NCBI GenBank assembly: GCA_030765785.1
Contig: JAVCCC010000032.1
Span: 5,787-69,786 of the forward strand
Source of the DNA: Candidatus Aceula lacicola
GTDB taxonomy: Bacteria; Omnitrophota; Gorgyraeia; Zapsychrales; Aceulaceae
DNA length: 64,000 nt
Reading direction: 5' to 3'
Below are positions 16,143 through 25,802 of this stretch, piece after piece (the first letter of the stretch is position 1; the number at the start of each line of letters is the position of its first letter). The translations under genes were made by a program, and so were the position numbers. A model generated the notes under the pieces. That model was not told where the DNA came from. It searched no databases and was given only the letters and a program-made list of their open reading frames with translations.

Positions 16143-18063
16143 GATTTTTGCTGCGTTTGTGCGTTGGCTTCCTGTGTCAGTTGCGCTTTGGTTGGGGCGT
16201 GTGATTGGGACGATAGGGTATCTTATAGATCATCGACATAAATCGCTTGCATATGCAAATTTAAAGATTGCATTTTCTTGTCAAAAAAAGACAAGCGAAA
16301 TTAAAGGTATTTTAAAGAAGGTTTTTCAGAATTATGCGCAGAATTTTATTGAACTTTTGCGTCTTCCAAAGATTGACCCACATCAATATATTACGCTTGA
16401 GGGAAAAGAACATGTTGATGAAGCTTTGAAAAAGAACAAAGGACTTATCTTGCTTGCAATGCATTTTGGCAGTTGGGAGCTTTGTAACTTTATGAGCAAG
16501 CTTTTAGGTCATCCATATCGAGTTGTTGTCAATCCTCAAAAACGACATCAAAGGCTTAATGATTTGCTTAATTCTTATCGTCAGAAGGCAGGGGCAAGCC
16601 TTGTTGAGCCAGGTTCGGGAACGCGTGATTTTGTAAAAGCTTTGCGTAATAATGAAATTGTTGGAATGGTTGTTGACCAAGGAGGAAAAACAGGAAGTCT
16701 TACTAAATTCTTTGGAAGGGAATCTTCGATGTCTTTAGGCGCGATTAAAATGGCGTTAAAGCTAGGAGTCCCTGTTTGTTTTTGTACGATTGTCCGTGAT
16801 CCTAAGGCTGCGCATCATAAGCTTAAAGTTTTTTCGCCGTCTCAGTTTGAGATAAGCGGTAATAGAGATCAAGATATCGCTGATAGTTTAAATAAAGTTG
16901 TTACTCAGATGGAAAAAGTTATTGTTAAATATCCTTCTGAGTATATGTGGTTTTATAAAATTTGGAAGTATTCAAAAGAATCCACCATTGTTGTCTTGAG
17001 CGATCAAAAATTTGGACATTTAAATCAGTCAAGGGCATTTTCTGAGAAAATTAAAAAGGCATTAGCGGAGCGATCTATTCGATGCCATATCGAGGTCATC
17101 GATGTTGAGTTTAAAGATGAAGCAAAAAAAACAATGTTTGCAGCACTTAGCTTTGCTATTCATGAAAAGACCTCACAAGGACGTCTTCGATATTTAAAAT
17201 GGTTCTTAAAGCGTAAATCGTTTTTAGAGGTAATGAGCGTTAAAGGGGATTTTGTTGTATCATGCGGTTCGTCTATTGCAGGTGTTAATTATTTTCTATC
17301 TCAGGATTATCGTGCTAAAAGCATTGTTCTTCAGAAGCCAGGAATTTTAAGTTTTAAACGGTTTGATCTTATTCTTTTGCCAAAACATGATAAGAAAAGT
17401 TCTCAGCAGTATGGAGAAAATGTTGTCTTTACGAATTTGACGCCGAACCTTATTGATCAAGAGTATTTGCAAAGCCAAGCAAGCAGGTTGATGGCAAAGT
17501 TTCCAGACCTTCATCATCGCAAAAGTCCAACCATTGGCCTAATGATTGGTGGAGAATCAAAAAATTATTTTATATCAAATATTCAGGTTGAAAGTATTGT
17601 TGAGCAGGTCAAAGAGGTGGTTGAACAACGGCAAGGTCGAATTTTAGCAACAACTTCAAGGCGAACTCAAAAAGATGTTGAGATTGTCGTTAAAGCAGGA
17701 TTGTCTGATTTTAATCAATGTCCGTTTTTGGTTATCGCGACTGAAAATAATGTGCCAGAAGCGGTTGGTGGTATTTTAGGAATTTCTGACATTGTTATTA
17801 TTTCCTCAGACAGCATCTCTATGATTTCAGAAGCTGTTAGCTCTGGAAAAACTGTTATTGTATTTGATGCAGAAAAGAGAAAAGTTAATTACAGAGGAAA
17901 GCATGAAGTTTTTGCTGAGAATTTGTTTAAACAAGAACATATTTTGAGAGCGAAAACATATGAAGTTGGATTGGTTTTAAATAACGTCATTGAAAATAAT
18001 ATTAAAACTAAGCCTATTTGCGATCAACAAGTTTTGTTTGAGGCTGCACGCCAAATTATATGA
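16108..18063 (+). CDS. lpxL: Lipid A lauroyl/myristoyl acyltransferase (LpxL/HtrB family) fused to a C-terminal DUF1022/ELM1-like domain. TTG start with a strong SD
   Basis: N-terminal half matches the LpxL family ('MHFGSWEL', 'MVVDQGG'). C-terminal half 'LSDQKFGHLNQSRAFSE..IGLMIGGESKNY' resembles the DUF1022 N-terminal motif. SD 'gaaaggagag' is 8 nt before ttg16108. Confidence 0.6.
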   Translation: MKSEFSIFWIVKIFAAFVRWLPVSVALWLGRVIGTIGYLIDHRHKSLAYANLKIAFSCQKKTSEIKGILKKVFQNYAQNFIELLRLPKIDPHQYITLEGKEHVDEALKKNKGLILLAMHFGSWELCNFMSKLLGHPYRVVVNPQKRHQRLNDLLNSYRQKAGASLVEPGSGTRDFVKALRNNEIVGMVVDQGGKTGSLTKFFGRESSMSLGAIKMALKLGVPVCFCTIVRDPKAAHHKLKVFSPSQFEISGNRDQDIADSLNKVVTQMEKVIVKYPSEYMWFYKIWKYSKESTIVVLSDQKFGHLNQSRAFSEKIKKALAERSIRCHIEVIDVEFKDEAKKTMFAALSFAIHEKTSQGRLRYLKWFLKRKSFLEVMSVKGDFVVSCGSSIAGVNYFLSQDYRAKSIVLQKPGILSFKRFDLILLPKHDKKSSQQYGENVVFTNLTPNLIDQEYLQSQASRLMAKFPDLHHRKSPTIGLMIGGESKNYFISNIQVESIVEQVKEVVEQRQGRILATTSRRTQKDVEIVVKAGLSDFNQCPFLVIATENNVPEAVGGILGISDIVIISSDSISMISEAVSSGKTVIVFDAEKRKVNYRGKHEVFAENLFKQEHILRAKTYEVGLVLNNVIENNIKTKPICDQQVLFEAARQII

Positions 18064-20165
18064 GAATACTTCAAATTCTTCCAGAATTGCATGTCGGCGG
18101 TGTTGAAACAGGAACTGTTGACTTGTCTCGTTATTTAGTTGAACATGGACATCAGTCTTTTGTTGTGTCTAATGGAGGCGATCTTGTTTCAGATTTAGAA
18201 AAAACAGGGGGAAAACATTTTAAGCTTCCTGTGCATAAGAAAAATCTTTGGACTGCAATTTATTCAATTAAAAAGCTTAAAGAAATTTTTGTTGAAGAAA
18301 AAATTGATTTGGTTCATGTGCGTTCGCGCGTTCCGGGATGGATTGCATATTGGGCGTGTCGGAAAACAGGAACGCCTTTTTTAACAACATGCCATGGACA
18401 CTATTCAAAGCATTTGTTTAGTCGTGTGATGGGGTGGAGTAAGTTTGTTATTGTTCCAAGTCAAGTCATTGGGCAGCACATGATTCAAGATTTTGGTGTT
18501 TCTTCAGAAAGTATTCGCTGTATCCCCAGGAGCGTGGACCTTCGTAAGTTTAATATTCCCCATAAGAGCATTTCTGGAGGATCAGAATACGTTGTTTCAA
18601 TTGTGGGCCGTATTACCCCGCTAAAGGGGCATGAATATTTTTTAAAATCTATGGCGCGTGTTGTTCGGCACTTTCCGTATATTAAGATTTGGATCATCGG
18701 CGATGCTCCAGCAAAGAAGCAGTCGTACAAAGAAGGACTTGTTGCGTTAACTAGACGTCTTGGACTTTCGGATCATGTTGAATTTTTAGGGAATCGTCGA
18801 GACATTCCAGAGCTTTTATCAAAAACAGATGTTTTGGTTCTTTCGACAGTGACACAAGAATCGTTTGGTCGCGTGATTGTCGAGGCCCAAGCGGCAGGCG
18901 TCCCTGTTGTTGCGACAAAAGTAGGAGGCGTTGTTGAAATTATTGATCATGAAAAAACAGGACTTTTAGTTTTACCAAGGCATCCAGAAGAAATGGCTGA
19001 TGCCGTTGTCCGATTGTTGGAAAATAAGGAGCTATCTGCGCAATTTGTTGCTAATGCAAAACAAAAAATATTATCGAATTATACGCTTGAACATATGGCG
19101 AGCCAAACGCTTGAAGTTTATGATGAGCTTTTAAAGAAAATTAACATTCTTGTTATAAAGATTAGTGCAATTGGTGATGTTATTCTTGCGACACCTTCTT
19201 TGCGTGCATTGAGAGAAAAATACCCTTTTGCTAAAATATATTGTCTTGTCGGAAGACAGGCTCGAGAGATTTTGCAGCGATGTCCATATATTGATGAGTT
19301 GATTGTTTATGATACAAAAGATAAGAATAGAGGGTGGTGGGGTATTTGGAAGCTCGCGAGGAAATTGAGAAAATATAAGTTAGACAAAACGATTGATTTT
19401 CAAAATAATCGAAAAAGTCACTTATTAGCATTTTTAAGTTTTTGTCCGCAGCGATATGGGTACAAGAATAAGAAGTGGGGGCATCTTTTGTCGAACGGCA
19501 TTTTAGACGACGATGGTCCGATGCCAGCCGTTGCGCATCAGTTTCGTATCCTAAGAGAGATTGGCATTTCTCCTCAGAATCAATTTCTGGAATTGTGGCC
19601 ATCCAAAGAGGATCAAAGAGAGGTTAAGGAACTTTTGCAGGGACAATGGGTCAATGAAGATGCCCAGCTTGTTGGGATTCATTTGGCTGCATCAGAGCGT
19701 TGGGCAACAAAATCTTGGGGCCTTGAATATATTGCACAACTTTGCGATATGCTGGCCGCGCAAAATATTCGAACTGTCATTACTGGATCAGAAAAAGATA
19801 TTCCTTTGATGCAGAGACTTTCGAAAATTACAAAGGCAAAACCAGTTGATTGCGTTGGCAAAACAAGTGTTCTGCAGCTCGCTGCACTTATCAAGCGTTG
19901 TTGTGTTTACATTGCGCCTGATTCAGCACCGCTTCACATTGCAGCAGCCGTACGAACACCGTTTATTGCATTGTTTGGTCCAACGGATCCAGCGCGCCAT
20001 ATGCCACCTGCAAAAGAGTTTAGAATGCTTTTTCAACGCGTTGAATGCGCTCCATGCTATCAGGGTCAGTGTCCAATCCACACTCATGTATGTATGGAGA
20101 AAATAACACCAGATCAGGTTTTAGAAGAAGTCGAACAGTTGATGCAAATACGAGCAAGATTATGA
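18060..20165 (+). CDS. Bifunctional glycosyltransferase: N-terminal GT4 domain fused to a C-terminal GT9 (ADP-heptose:LPS heptosyltransferase) domain
   Basis: N-terminal half 'VRSRVPGW..GRITPLKG..E(x7)E..FGRVIVEAQAAGVPVVATKVGG' fits GT4. C-terminal half 'ILVIKISAIGDVILATPSLRAL' and 'APDSAPLHIAAAVRTPFIALFGPT' fits GT9. Confidence 0.7.
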   Translation: MRILQILPELHVGGVETGTVDLSRYLVEHGHQSFVVSNGGDLVSDLEKTGGKHFKLPVHKKNLWTAIYSIKKLKEIFVEEKIDLVHVRSRVPGWIAYWACRKTGTPFLTTCHGHYSKHLFSRVMGWSKFVIVPSQVIGQHMIQDFGVSSESIRCIPRSVDLRKFNIPHKSISGGSEYVVSIVGRITPLKGHEYFLKSMARVVRHFPYIKIWIIGDAPAKKQSYKEGLVALTRRLGLSDHVEFLGNRRDIPELLSKTDVLVLSTVTQESFGRVIVEAQAAGVPVVATKVGGVVEIIDHEKTGLLVLPRHPEEMADAVVRLLENKELSAQFVANAKQKILSNYTLEHMASQTLEVYDELLKKINILVIKISAIGDVILATPSLRALREKYPFAKIYCLVGRQAREILQRCPYIDELIVYDTKDKNRGWWGIWKLARKLRKYKLDKTIDFQNNRKSHLLAFLSFCPQRYGYKNKKWGHLLSNGILDDDGPMPAVAHQFRILREIGISPQNQFLELWPSKEDQREVKELLQGQWVNEDAQLVGIHLAASERWATKSWGLEYIAQLCDMLAAQNIRTVITGSEKDIPLMQRLSKITKAKPVDCVGKTSVLQLAALIKRCCVYIAPDSAPLHIAAAVRTPFIALFGPTDPARHMPPAKEFRMLFQRVECAPCYQGQCPIHTHVCMEKITPDQVLEEVEQLMQIRARL

Positions 20166-21256
20166 ACATTTTAATTCTAACAACACATTTTAATACTGGC
20201 GGCATCACAAGCTATATTTTAACTCTAGCAAAGGGTCTGACGAGAAATGATCATAAGATTTTTGTTATATCGAGTGGTGGAAATATGGTTGGTGATCTTG
20301 AACGGGCAGGTGTTAAGCATACATACTTTGATATTCGCACGAAATCAGAGGTAAGTCCAAAACTTTATCGAGCGCTGCCTAAGTTGATGCGGTTTGTTAA
20401 AGAAAATAATATTAATGTTATTCACTCGCAAACAAGAATTACGCAAATATTAGCTACAATTTTAACTAAAATAACCCAGGCTAAGCACGTATCAACATGT
20501 CATGGATTTTTTAAAACACGTTTATTTAGACGAATTTTTCCATGCTGGGGAGATGCGACAATTGCAATCAGCCGTCAGGTTGAAGATCATTTGATTCATG
20601 ATTTTCATGTTTCGTCTGATAAGGTTTTTTGGGTTATTCATGGTATTTCATGTGATTTAAAACCTTTGAATCAAAAAGATCTTTTGGAAAGACGACAAGA
20701 GTTCGGAATTGCACATGGTCCTTTGGTAGGAATTATCGCTCGGCTATCAGGTGTAAAGGGTCATGATATTCTGATTAATGCTATGCGTAAAGTTGTTGAT
20801 GAAAAAAAGGATGCACGGCTTCTTGTTGTTGGTCGAGGAAAAACAGAAGAGCCTTTAAAGGCCATGACCGAGAATTTAGGCCTAGAGAATAATATTGTTT
20901 TTTTGCCTGTTGTTAATCAGGTAGATGCTATTTTGCCCATTTTAGATATTTTTGTCATGCCGTCTCGACAAGAAGGTCTAGGTTTGTCTGTCATGGAGGC
21001 GCAGGCGCAAGGTTTGCCTGTTGTTGCTTCAAAAGTTGGAGGAATTCCGAGTCTTATTGAAGATGGTACTACAGGAATTCTTGTGCCACCAGAAAACGTA
21101 GATGCGTTAGCTGAGGCTTTGATGTATTTAATTGAAAATCCAGATCAAGCAAAGCAGATTGGCCAGAGAGCTAAGATTTTTGCTAAAGAAAATTTTTCTG
21201 TTGGACGCATGATTGATCAAACGTATGCTGTTTTTAAAAAGGTTTGTGGAAAATAA
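20162..21256 (+). CDS. Glycosyltransferase family 4
   Basis: 'MNILILTTHFNTGG', 'GRLSGVKGHDIL' and 'SRQEGLGLSVMEAQAQGLPVVASKVGG'. Start set at the ATG overlapping the upstream stop (ATGA). Confidence 0.75.
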   Translation: MNILILTTHFNTGGITSYILTLAKGLTRNDHKIFVISSGGNMVGDLERAGVKHTYFDIRTKSEVSPKLYRALPKLMRFVKENNINVIHSQTRITQILATILTKITQAKHVSTCHGFFKTRLFRRIFPCWGDATIAISRQVEDHLIHDFHVSSDKVFWVIHGISCDLKPLNQKDLLERRQEFGIAHGPLVGIIARLSGVKGHDILINAMRKVVDEKKDARLLVVGRGKTEEPLKAMTENLGLENNIVFLPVVNQVDAILPILDIFVMPSRQEGLGLSVMEAQAQGLPVVASKVGGIPSLIEDGTTGILVPPENVDALAEALMYLIENPDQAKQIGQRAKIFAKENFSVGRMIDQTYAVFKKVCGK

Positions 21257-22270
21257 ATGAAAAATATTCTTGTTGTTAATGTTAACTGGCTAGGTGATGT
21301 TATTTTTTCATCACCAGCATTTAAAGCGCTTAAAGAAAAATATCCGGATAGTCGTATCACATGTTTGGGTGTGCCGAGAGTTGTCGAGGTCTTAAGTCAT
21401 ATCGAGGGAGTCGATGATATTTTTTGTTATGAAGAAAAAGGATGTCATGCGAGTCCGTTGGGAAAGCTGAAATTGATCGGACAACTTCGGAAAAAACGCT
21501 TTGATATCGTTTTTTTGTTTCACGGGTCATTAACGCGTTCCTTATTGGTTTTTATGGCAGGAATTTCAATTCGTGTTGGCTACAACACTAAGAAGAGAGG
21601 TGTCTTCTTAACGCATAAAGTCGAGCCATTAAGCGGCATTGTTCATCGAAGTGATTTTTATTTAAACGTTATTGAGTCTTTTGGAGTTGCGGTTAGCGAT
21701 AGAGAATACCATTTGATGGTTTCTGGTGAGGACGTTAAATTTTCTGAGAAAATTTTTCATGATAATAAAATAGAAGACAATGATTTTGTAATTATTTTAA
21801 ATACGGGTGGCAATTGGGATTTGAAACAATGGCCTGAAAAGAAGTTTTCTTTGCTTATTAATAAAATAGTTAAAGAATCTCAGGCTAAAGTAGTTATAGT
21901 CGGTGCGCTAAAAGATGCTGAGCGTGTTAAAAGAATTATTGCTGACACAGGGGTGGATGTTGTTAATTGTGTTGGGCAAACAAGCTTTTCGCAGCTTATG
22001 GGAATTATGCAGAAAGCAAGTGTGGTCATTTCAGCGGATTCAGGGCCTTTACATGTGGCAAGCAGCATTGGAACGAATACAATTGGGCTATTCGGGCCAA
22101 CGAGTCCGAAAATTACGGGCCAACGTGGGTTGGCAAGAAATCAGATTGTTTTTAATGATGTTGGGTGCAACAAAAAACCATGTTACAACCTAGCTTGCCA
22201 AGATAATGTTTGTATGAAATCAATTACAGTGAGAGATGTTATTGAAAAGATTAGAGAAATACGAAATTAA
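21257..22270 (+). CDS. ADP-heptose:LPS heptosyltransferase family (GT9)
   Basis: 'ILVVNVNWLGDVIFSSPAFKAL' and 'SADSGPLHVASSIGTNTIGLFGPT'. Confidence 0.75.
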   Translation: MKNILVVNVNWLGDVIFSSPAFKALKEKYPDSRITCLGVPRVVEVLSHIEGVDDIFCYEEKGCHASPLGKLKLIGQLRKKRFDIVFLFHGSLTRSLLVFMAGISIRVGYNTKKRGVFLTHKVEPLSGIVHRSDFYLNVIESFGVAVSDREYHLMVSGEDVKFSEKIFHDNKIEDNDFVIILNTGGNWDLKQWPEKKFSLLINKIVKESQAKVVIVGALKDAERVKRIIADTGVDVVNCVGQTSFSQLMGIMQKASVVISADSGPLHVASSIGTNTIGLFGPTSPKITGQRGLARNQIVFNDVGCNKKPCYNLACQDNVCMKSITVRDVIEKIREIRN

Positions 22271-23189
22271 AAAGATCCTGGTCATTAGCTTAAGTAATAT
22301 CGGAGATGTTATTTTAACCTGTCCGGTTATTGATGCGCTTTTGCATCGGTTTCCGCTTTCTGAAGTTTCGGTTGTCGTTGGGCCTAAAGTCAAAGGCCTT
22401 TTTGATGGAAATCCGCACATTAAAGATGTTTATGTATTTGATAAGCATCAGCCGTTTTACAAGATGGCGAGCTGGGCCTTTTGCTTAAGAAAGAATCGTT
22501 TTGACATGGTCATTGACTTAAGGAATACAGCATTGTCTCTTATTTTAGCTCCGAGGTATTCCACGCCGCTTAGGGCGCATAAGGCGTTAGGGCACATGAA
22601 AGATAAGCATTTGAGTCGGCTTTATAGCGTTGTTAAGGACGCCGTACCGTGCAAAAACCATCATGCGATTTTTGTTGATTGCAATACTCAGGTAAAGGCA
22701 GATGAAATTATAAAAAATCAAATTGGTCGAGATTTAACCTATTGTATTATTGGCGCTGGAGCAGCTGATCAAAAAAAGCAGTGGACGCAAAAAGGTTTTG
22801 TTGAAATCTGCGATTGGCTTTTTGAGAAATATGGATTAAAGAGTGTTTTTGTTGGTGATCAAAGCGATTTCTTTCGTGCTGAAAATATTATAAAAGAAAC
22901 GAAGACCGGAGGTGTTAATCTTTGCGGACTTGCCAGTCTTTTAGAATCTTCTTGGATTTTAAAACATAGTCGTTTTGTTCTTTCGAATGATAGTGCGGTT
23001 ATGCATATGGCAAGTTATTTCGATATTCCTACTGTTGGGCTTTTTGGCCCAACAGATGCAAGAAAATATGGTCCGTGGGGCGAAAATGCAGCTGTTGTTC
23101 AGAGTCCGTGCACGGTAGAGAATCAACAGATGGTTATGGCAGAAATTCTTCCGAAGAAGGTTAGAGAGGCAATTGAGAAGTTGTTATGA
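22236..23189 (+). CDS. ADP-heptose:LPS heptosyltransferase family (GT9)
   Basis: 'ILVISLSNIGDVILTCPVIDAL' and 'SNDSAVMHMASYFDIPTVGLFGPT'. Confidence 0.7.
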   Translation: MLLKRLEKYEIKKILVISLSNIGDVILTCPVIDALLHRFPLSEVSVVVGPKVKGLFDGNPHIKDVYVFDKHQPFYKMASWAFCLRKNRFDMVIDLRNTALSLILAPRYSTPLRAHKALGHMKDKHLSRLYSVVKDAVPCKNHHAIFVDCNTQVKADEIIKNQIGRDLTYCIIGAGAADQKKQWTQKGFVEICDWLFEKYGLKSVFVGDQSDFFRAENIIKETKTGGVNLCGLASLLESSWILKHSRFVLSNDSAVMHMASYFDIPTVGLFGPTDARKYGPWGENAAVVQSPCTVENQQMVMAEILPKKVREAIEKLL

Positions 23190-24235
23190 CAAAAAAACAA
23201 TATTATAAAAATATTTTAATTGTTCGCACAGATCGCATCGGAGATGTGGTTTTAACAACGCCAGCGATACAGGCTTTAAGAGAGACTTTTCCAAGTGCAA
23301 AGATTTCGATTCTCGTTACACCTCAAACAAAGTCGATTGTTGAAGGGAATCCATATTTAGATGAAGTTATTGTTTATGATGCAAAAAGTAAAGATAAAGG
23401 ATTTTTTGGTTTTTGGTATTTTGTTTTTAAGTTGATGAAAAAACATTTTGATTTGGCGATTAATTATCATCTTAAGAATCGAACAAATGCCTTGATTTTT
23501 CATGCTTGTATTCCATGCCGGGTTGGTTTTGAGAACAAAAAAATGGGATTTTATCTAAACCGAACAATTTCCGATTCAAGAATTGAGGGCATAAAACATG
23601 AATCTGAATATTGTCTTGATCTTTTAAAAGATTTAGGGATTGACACAGCTAAGAGATATCTGCTATGCGTTTCTGTTCAGCAAGACTCTGAACAATGGAC
23701 AAAACAATTATTCCAAGAGCATAATATTTCATTAGAAGATAGAGTTGTTGCCGTTCATCCAGGCGCAAGTTGTATTTCAAAAAGATGGCCTCCAAAACGT
23801 TTTTCAGAAGTTATTGAGCAAATTTCGTTAAAATATAAAGCAAAAATAATTTTAATTGGATCTGGGGATAATCGACTCATTGCGCGAGAGGTTCTTATTG
23901 GAACACGGGCGCCTGTGATTGATTTAACTGGAAAAACATCAGTGAGTCATTTGATTAGTCTTTTGAAAAGATGTTGTCTTTTGATTTCAAATGATTCTGG
24001 ACCAGTACATTTGGCGGCAGGCGTTGGGACGCCAGTCGTTTCTATTTTTGGTCGTAACCAGCCTGGGTTATCTGTTATGCGTTGGCGACCGCTAGGTCAT
24101 AAAGATATTTCACTTCATAGAAGTGTAGGTTGCAAGCAATGTTTGGCGCATAATTGCCAAATAGGATTTCGATGCTTAGATGCTATTAAAGCTGAAGATG
24201 TTGTTGATGCAGCTGATCGGATTTTAAATTCTTAA
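23186..24235 (+). CDS. ADP-heptose:LPS heptosyltransferase family (GT9)
   Basis: 'ILIVRTDRIGDVVLTTPAIQAL' and 'SNDSGPVHLAAGVGTPVVSIFG'. Confidence 0.75.
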   Translation: MTKKQYYKNILIVRTDRIGDVVLTTPAIQALRETFPSAKISILVTPQTKSIVEGNPYLDEVIVYDAKSKDKGFFGFWYFVFKLMKKHFDLAINYHLKNRTNALIFHACIPCRVGFENKKMGFYLNRTISDSRIEGIKHESEYCLDLLKDLGIDTAKRYLLCVSVQQDSEQWTKQLFQEHNISLEDRVVAVHPGASCISKRWPPKRFSEVIEQISLKYKAKIILIGSGDNRLIAREVLIGTRAPVIDLTGKTSVSHLISLLKRCCLLISNDSGPVHLAAGVGTPVVSIFGRNQPGLSVMRWRPLGHKDISLHRSVGCKQCLAHNCQIGFRCLDAIKAEDVVDAADRILNS

Positions 24236-24282
24236 TTTAAGAAATAAGAGAAAATATTAATCTTGGAAAAAAAGGAAATATT

Positions 24283-24639
24283 ATGAATGAGCAAATAAAC
24301 AAGCGTGAATTTATTCGTATTCCAGATTCTTCAGAAATTGCTTATGAGAGCGTGTCATCTGGAAAAAAGAAAAAGACAGAAACAAAGAATATTAGTGAGC
24401 AGGGTATTTGTTTCTTTAGTGAGGAAAAGTTTGATTTAGGTTCTATTGTTGAGGTTTCTCTAGCACTTGAGCGTTTAGAATTTTCCTTTACATCAAAGGC
24501 GGTGGTGCGATGGGTTAAGGAAATTGTAAGAAATCATCGCTATGAAATTGGAGTTAAATTTATTGATATTTTAGAAATTGAAGCAAGAAAGCTTATTAAC
24601 TACATTAATTCGGCTAAGCGTCTTGATAAATATGTATAG
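24283..24639 (+). CDS. PilZ-domain (c-di-GMP binding) protein
   Basis: 'KREFIRI' (RxxxR) and 'NISEQGICF' (D/NxSxxG) motifs. Confidence 0.55.
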   Translation: MNEQINKREFIRIPDSSEIAYESVSSGKKKKTETKNISEQGICFFSEEKFDLGSIVEVSLALERLEFSFTSKAVVRWVKEIVRNHRYEIGVKFIDILEIEARKLINYINSAKRLDKYV

Positions 24640-24829
24640 AAGAGCAAAGGTAATATCGAAAATTTCTATTTTCGGGATAAATTTGTCCGGCAAGCTTACG
24701 TTCGCAAAAAGCTCTGTAAGTTTAGGGCTTATTTAAAGGAGTTTTTTATATTTTTTGGCGATGTTTTTTATGGGCTTGCCATTGTGTCGCTTTTAGTAAA
24801 AAGAAATTAAGAAATTTATGGGGTGAGAT

Positions 24830-25783
24830 ATGAGTCAAGAAAAAGTTCTTATTGTTGAAGATGAAAAGGAGTTGAGAGTCTTGATTGCTCAGTCGATTGA
24901 GAAGCTTGATTACCAGGTGTATCAAGCAGGTGATGGTGAAGAGGCTCTTAAGGTTGCAGAGCAAGTTCTGCCAGATCTCATCATCACGGATGTTGTCATT
25001 CCAAAGAAAGATGGAAATCAGCTTCTTAAGGATATTCAAAAAACAGCGTTTGGTAAAAATATTCCTTTTATTATTATGACAGCAAGAGCTGGAATGCGGG
25101 ATTATTTTGAAGTTTTAGAGGGGGTTTGTGGGTTTTTGGAGAAACCGTTTAAAATGAAAGAATTAGTCTTAATGATAGAGGAAATTTTTACCGGGAATTC
25201 AAAGCGGGGTGGCGCGAGGTTCAAGAATAAAAAGAATATTAAGACTAAAATTGATAAAGAAAAGATTGCGATTAAAGACGAGGCTATTGTTAAAAGTGAG
25301 ATTCTTAAACACGAAGAAAATGTTAGTCATGATGATCATTCGTTATCTTTAGGAGAAAAGAAGGAAGGCGTTAAGGAAAATAAAAAGGAAGAGTGTTTTT
25401 CTGAGGATTTTTTTATTGGTAAAAGAAAAATTCTTGTTCTTGAGAATGAGAAAAATGTTTTTCAGTATTTTAAAGCATTTTTTCCAGAAGATGCGTATGC
25501 TATAGAGCTTGTAACTTCGTCAGATCATATCGCTGGTCGCGCAAAAGAATTTATGCCTGATTTGATCATTCTGAAACATATTGTTGGTCAGGCAAATAGT
25601 GAAATCGTTGCAAATTATTTAAGAGAAACTTTTGCTCTTCAATGGACACCGATTATTATTTACGATAGAATTATTGATCGCGTTTCTGGCGATCAGAGCA
25701 TGCCAGCGCATTCCAAAGAATTTAGTCTAAACTCGGAAGGCAAAGAATTAATCAAAAGAATTAAAGAATTGCTTGGCGTATAG
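24830..25783 (+). CDS. Response-regulator receiver protein: a canonical REC domain followed by a degenerate second REC-like domain, with no output domain
   Basis: 'VLIVEDEKELR..DLIITDVVIPKKDG..FLEKPFKMKEL'. The second half 'ILVLENEKNV..DLIILKH' lacks the phospho-acceptor Asp. Confidence 0.65.
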   Translation: MSQEKVLIVEDEKELRVLIAQSIEKLDYQVYQAGDGEEALKVAEQVLPDLIITDVVIPKKDGNQLLKDIQKTAFGKNIPFIIMTARAGMRDYFEVLEGVCGFLEKPFKMKELVLMIEEIFTGNSKRGGARFKNKKNIKTKIDKEKIAIKDEAIVKSEILKHEENVSHDDHSLSLGEKKEGVKENKKEECFSEDFFIGKRKILVLENEKNVFQYFKAFFPEDAYAIELVTSSDHIAGRAKEFMPDLIILKHIVGQANSEIVANYLRETFALQWTPIIIYDRIIDRVSGDQSMPAHSKEFSLNSEGKELIKRIKELLGV

Positions 25784-25802
25784 CTTTTTAATCGATAGGA
25801 GA

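Noticed and set aside
20045-20161. Upstream extension of the GT4 ORF overlapping 120 nt of the GT4-GT9 fusion gene
   Set aside because: An ATG overlapping the upstream stop (20162, ATGA) gives the expected 'MNILILTTHFNTGG' GT4 N-terminus. The long overlap is unnecessary.
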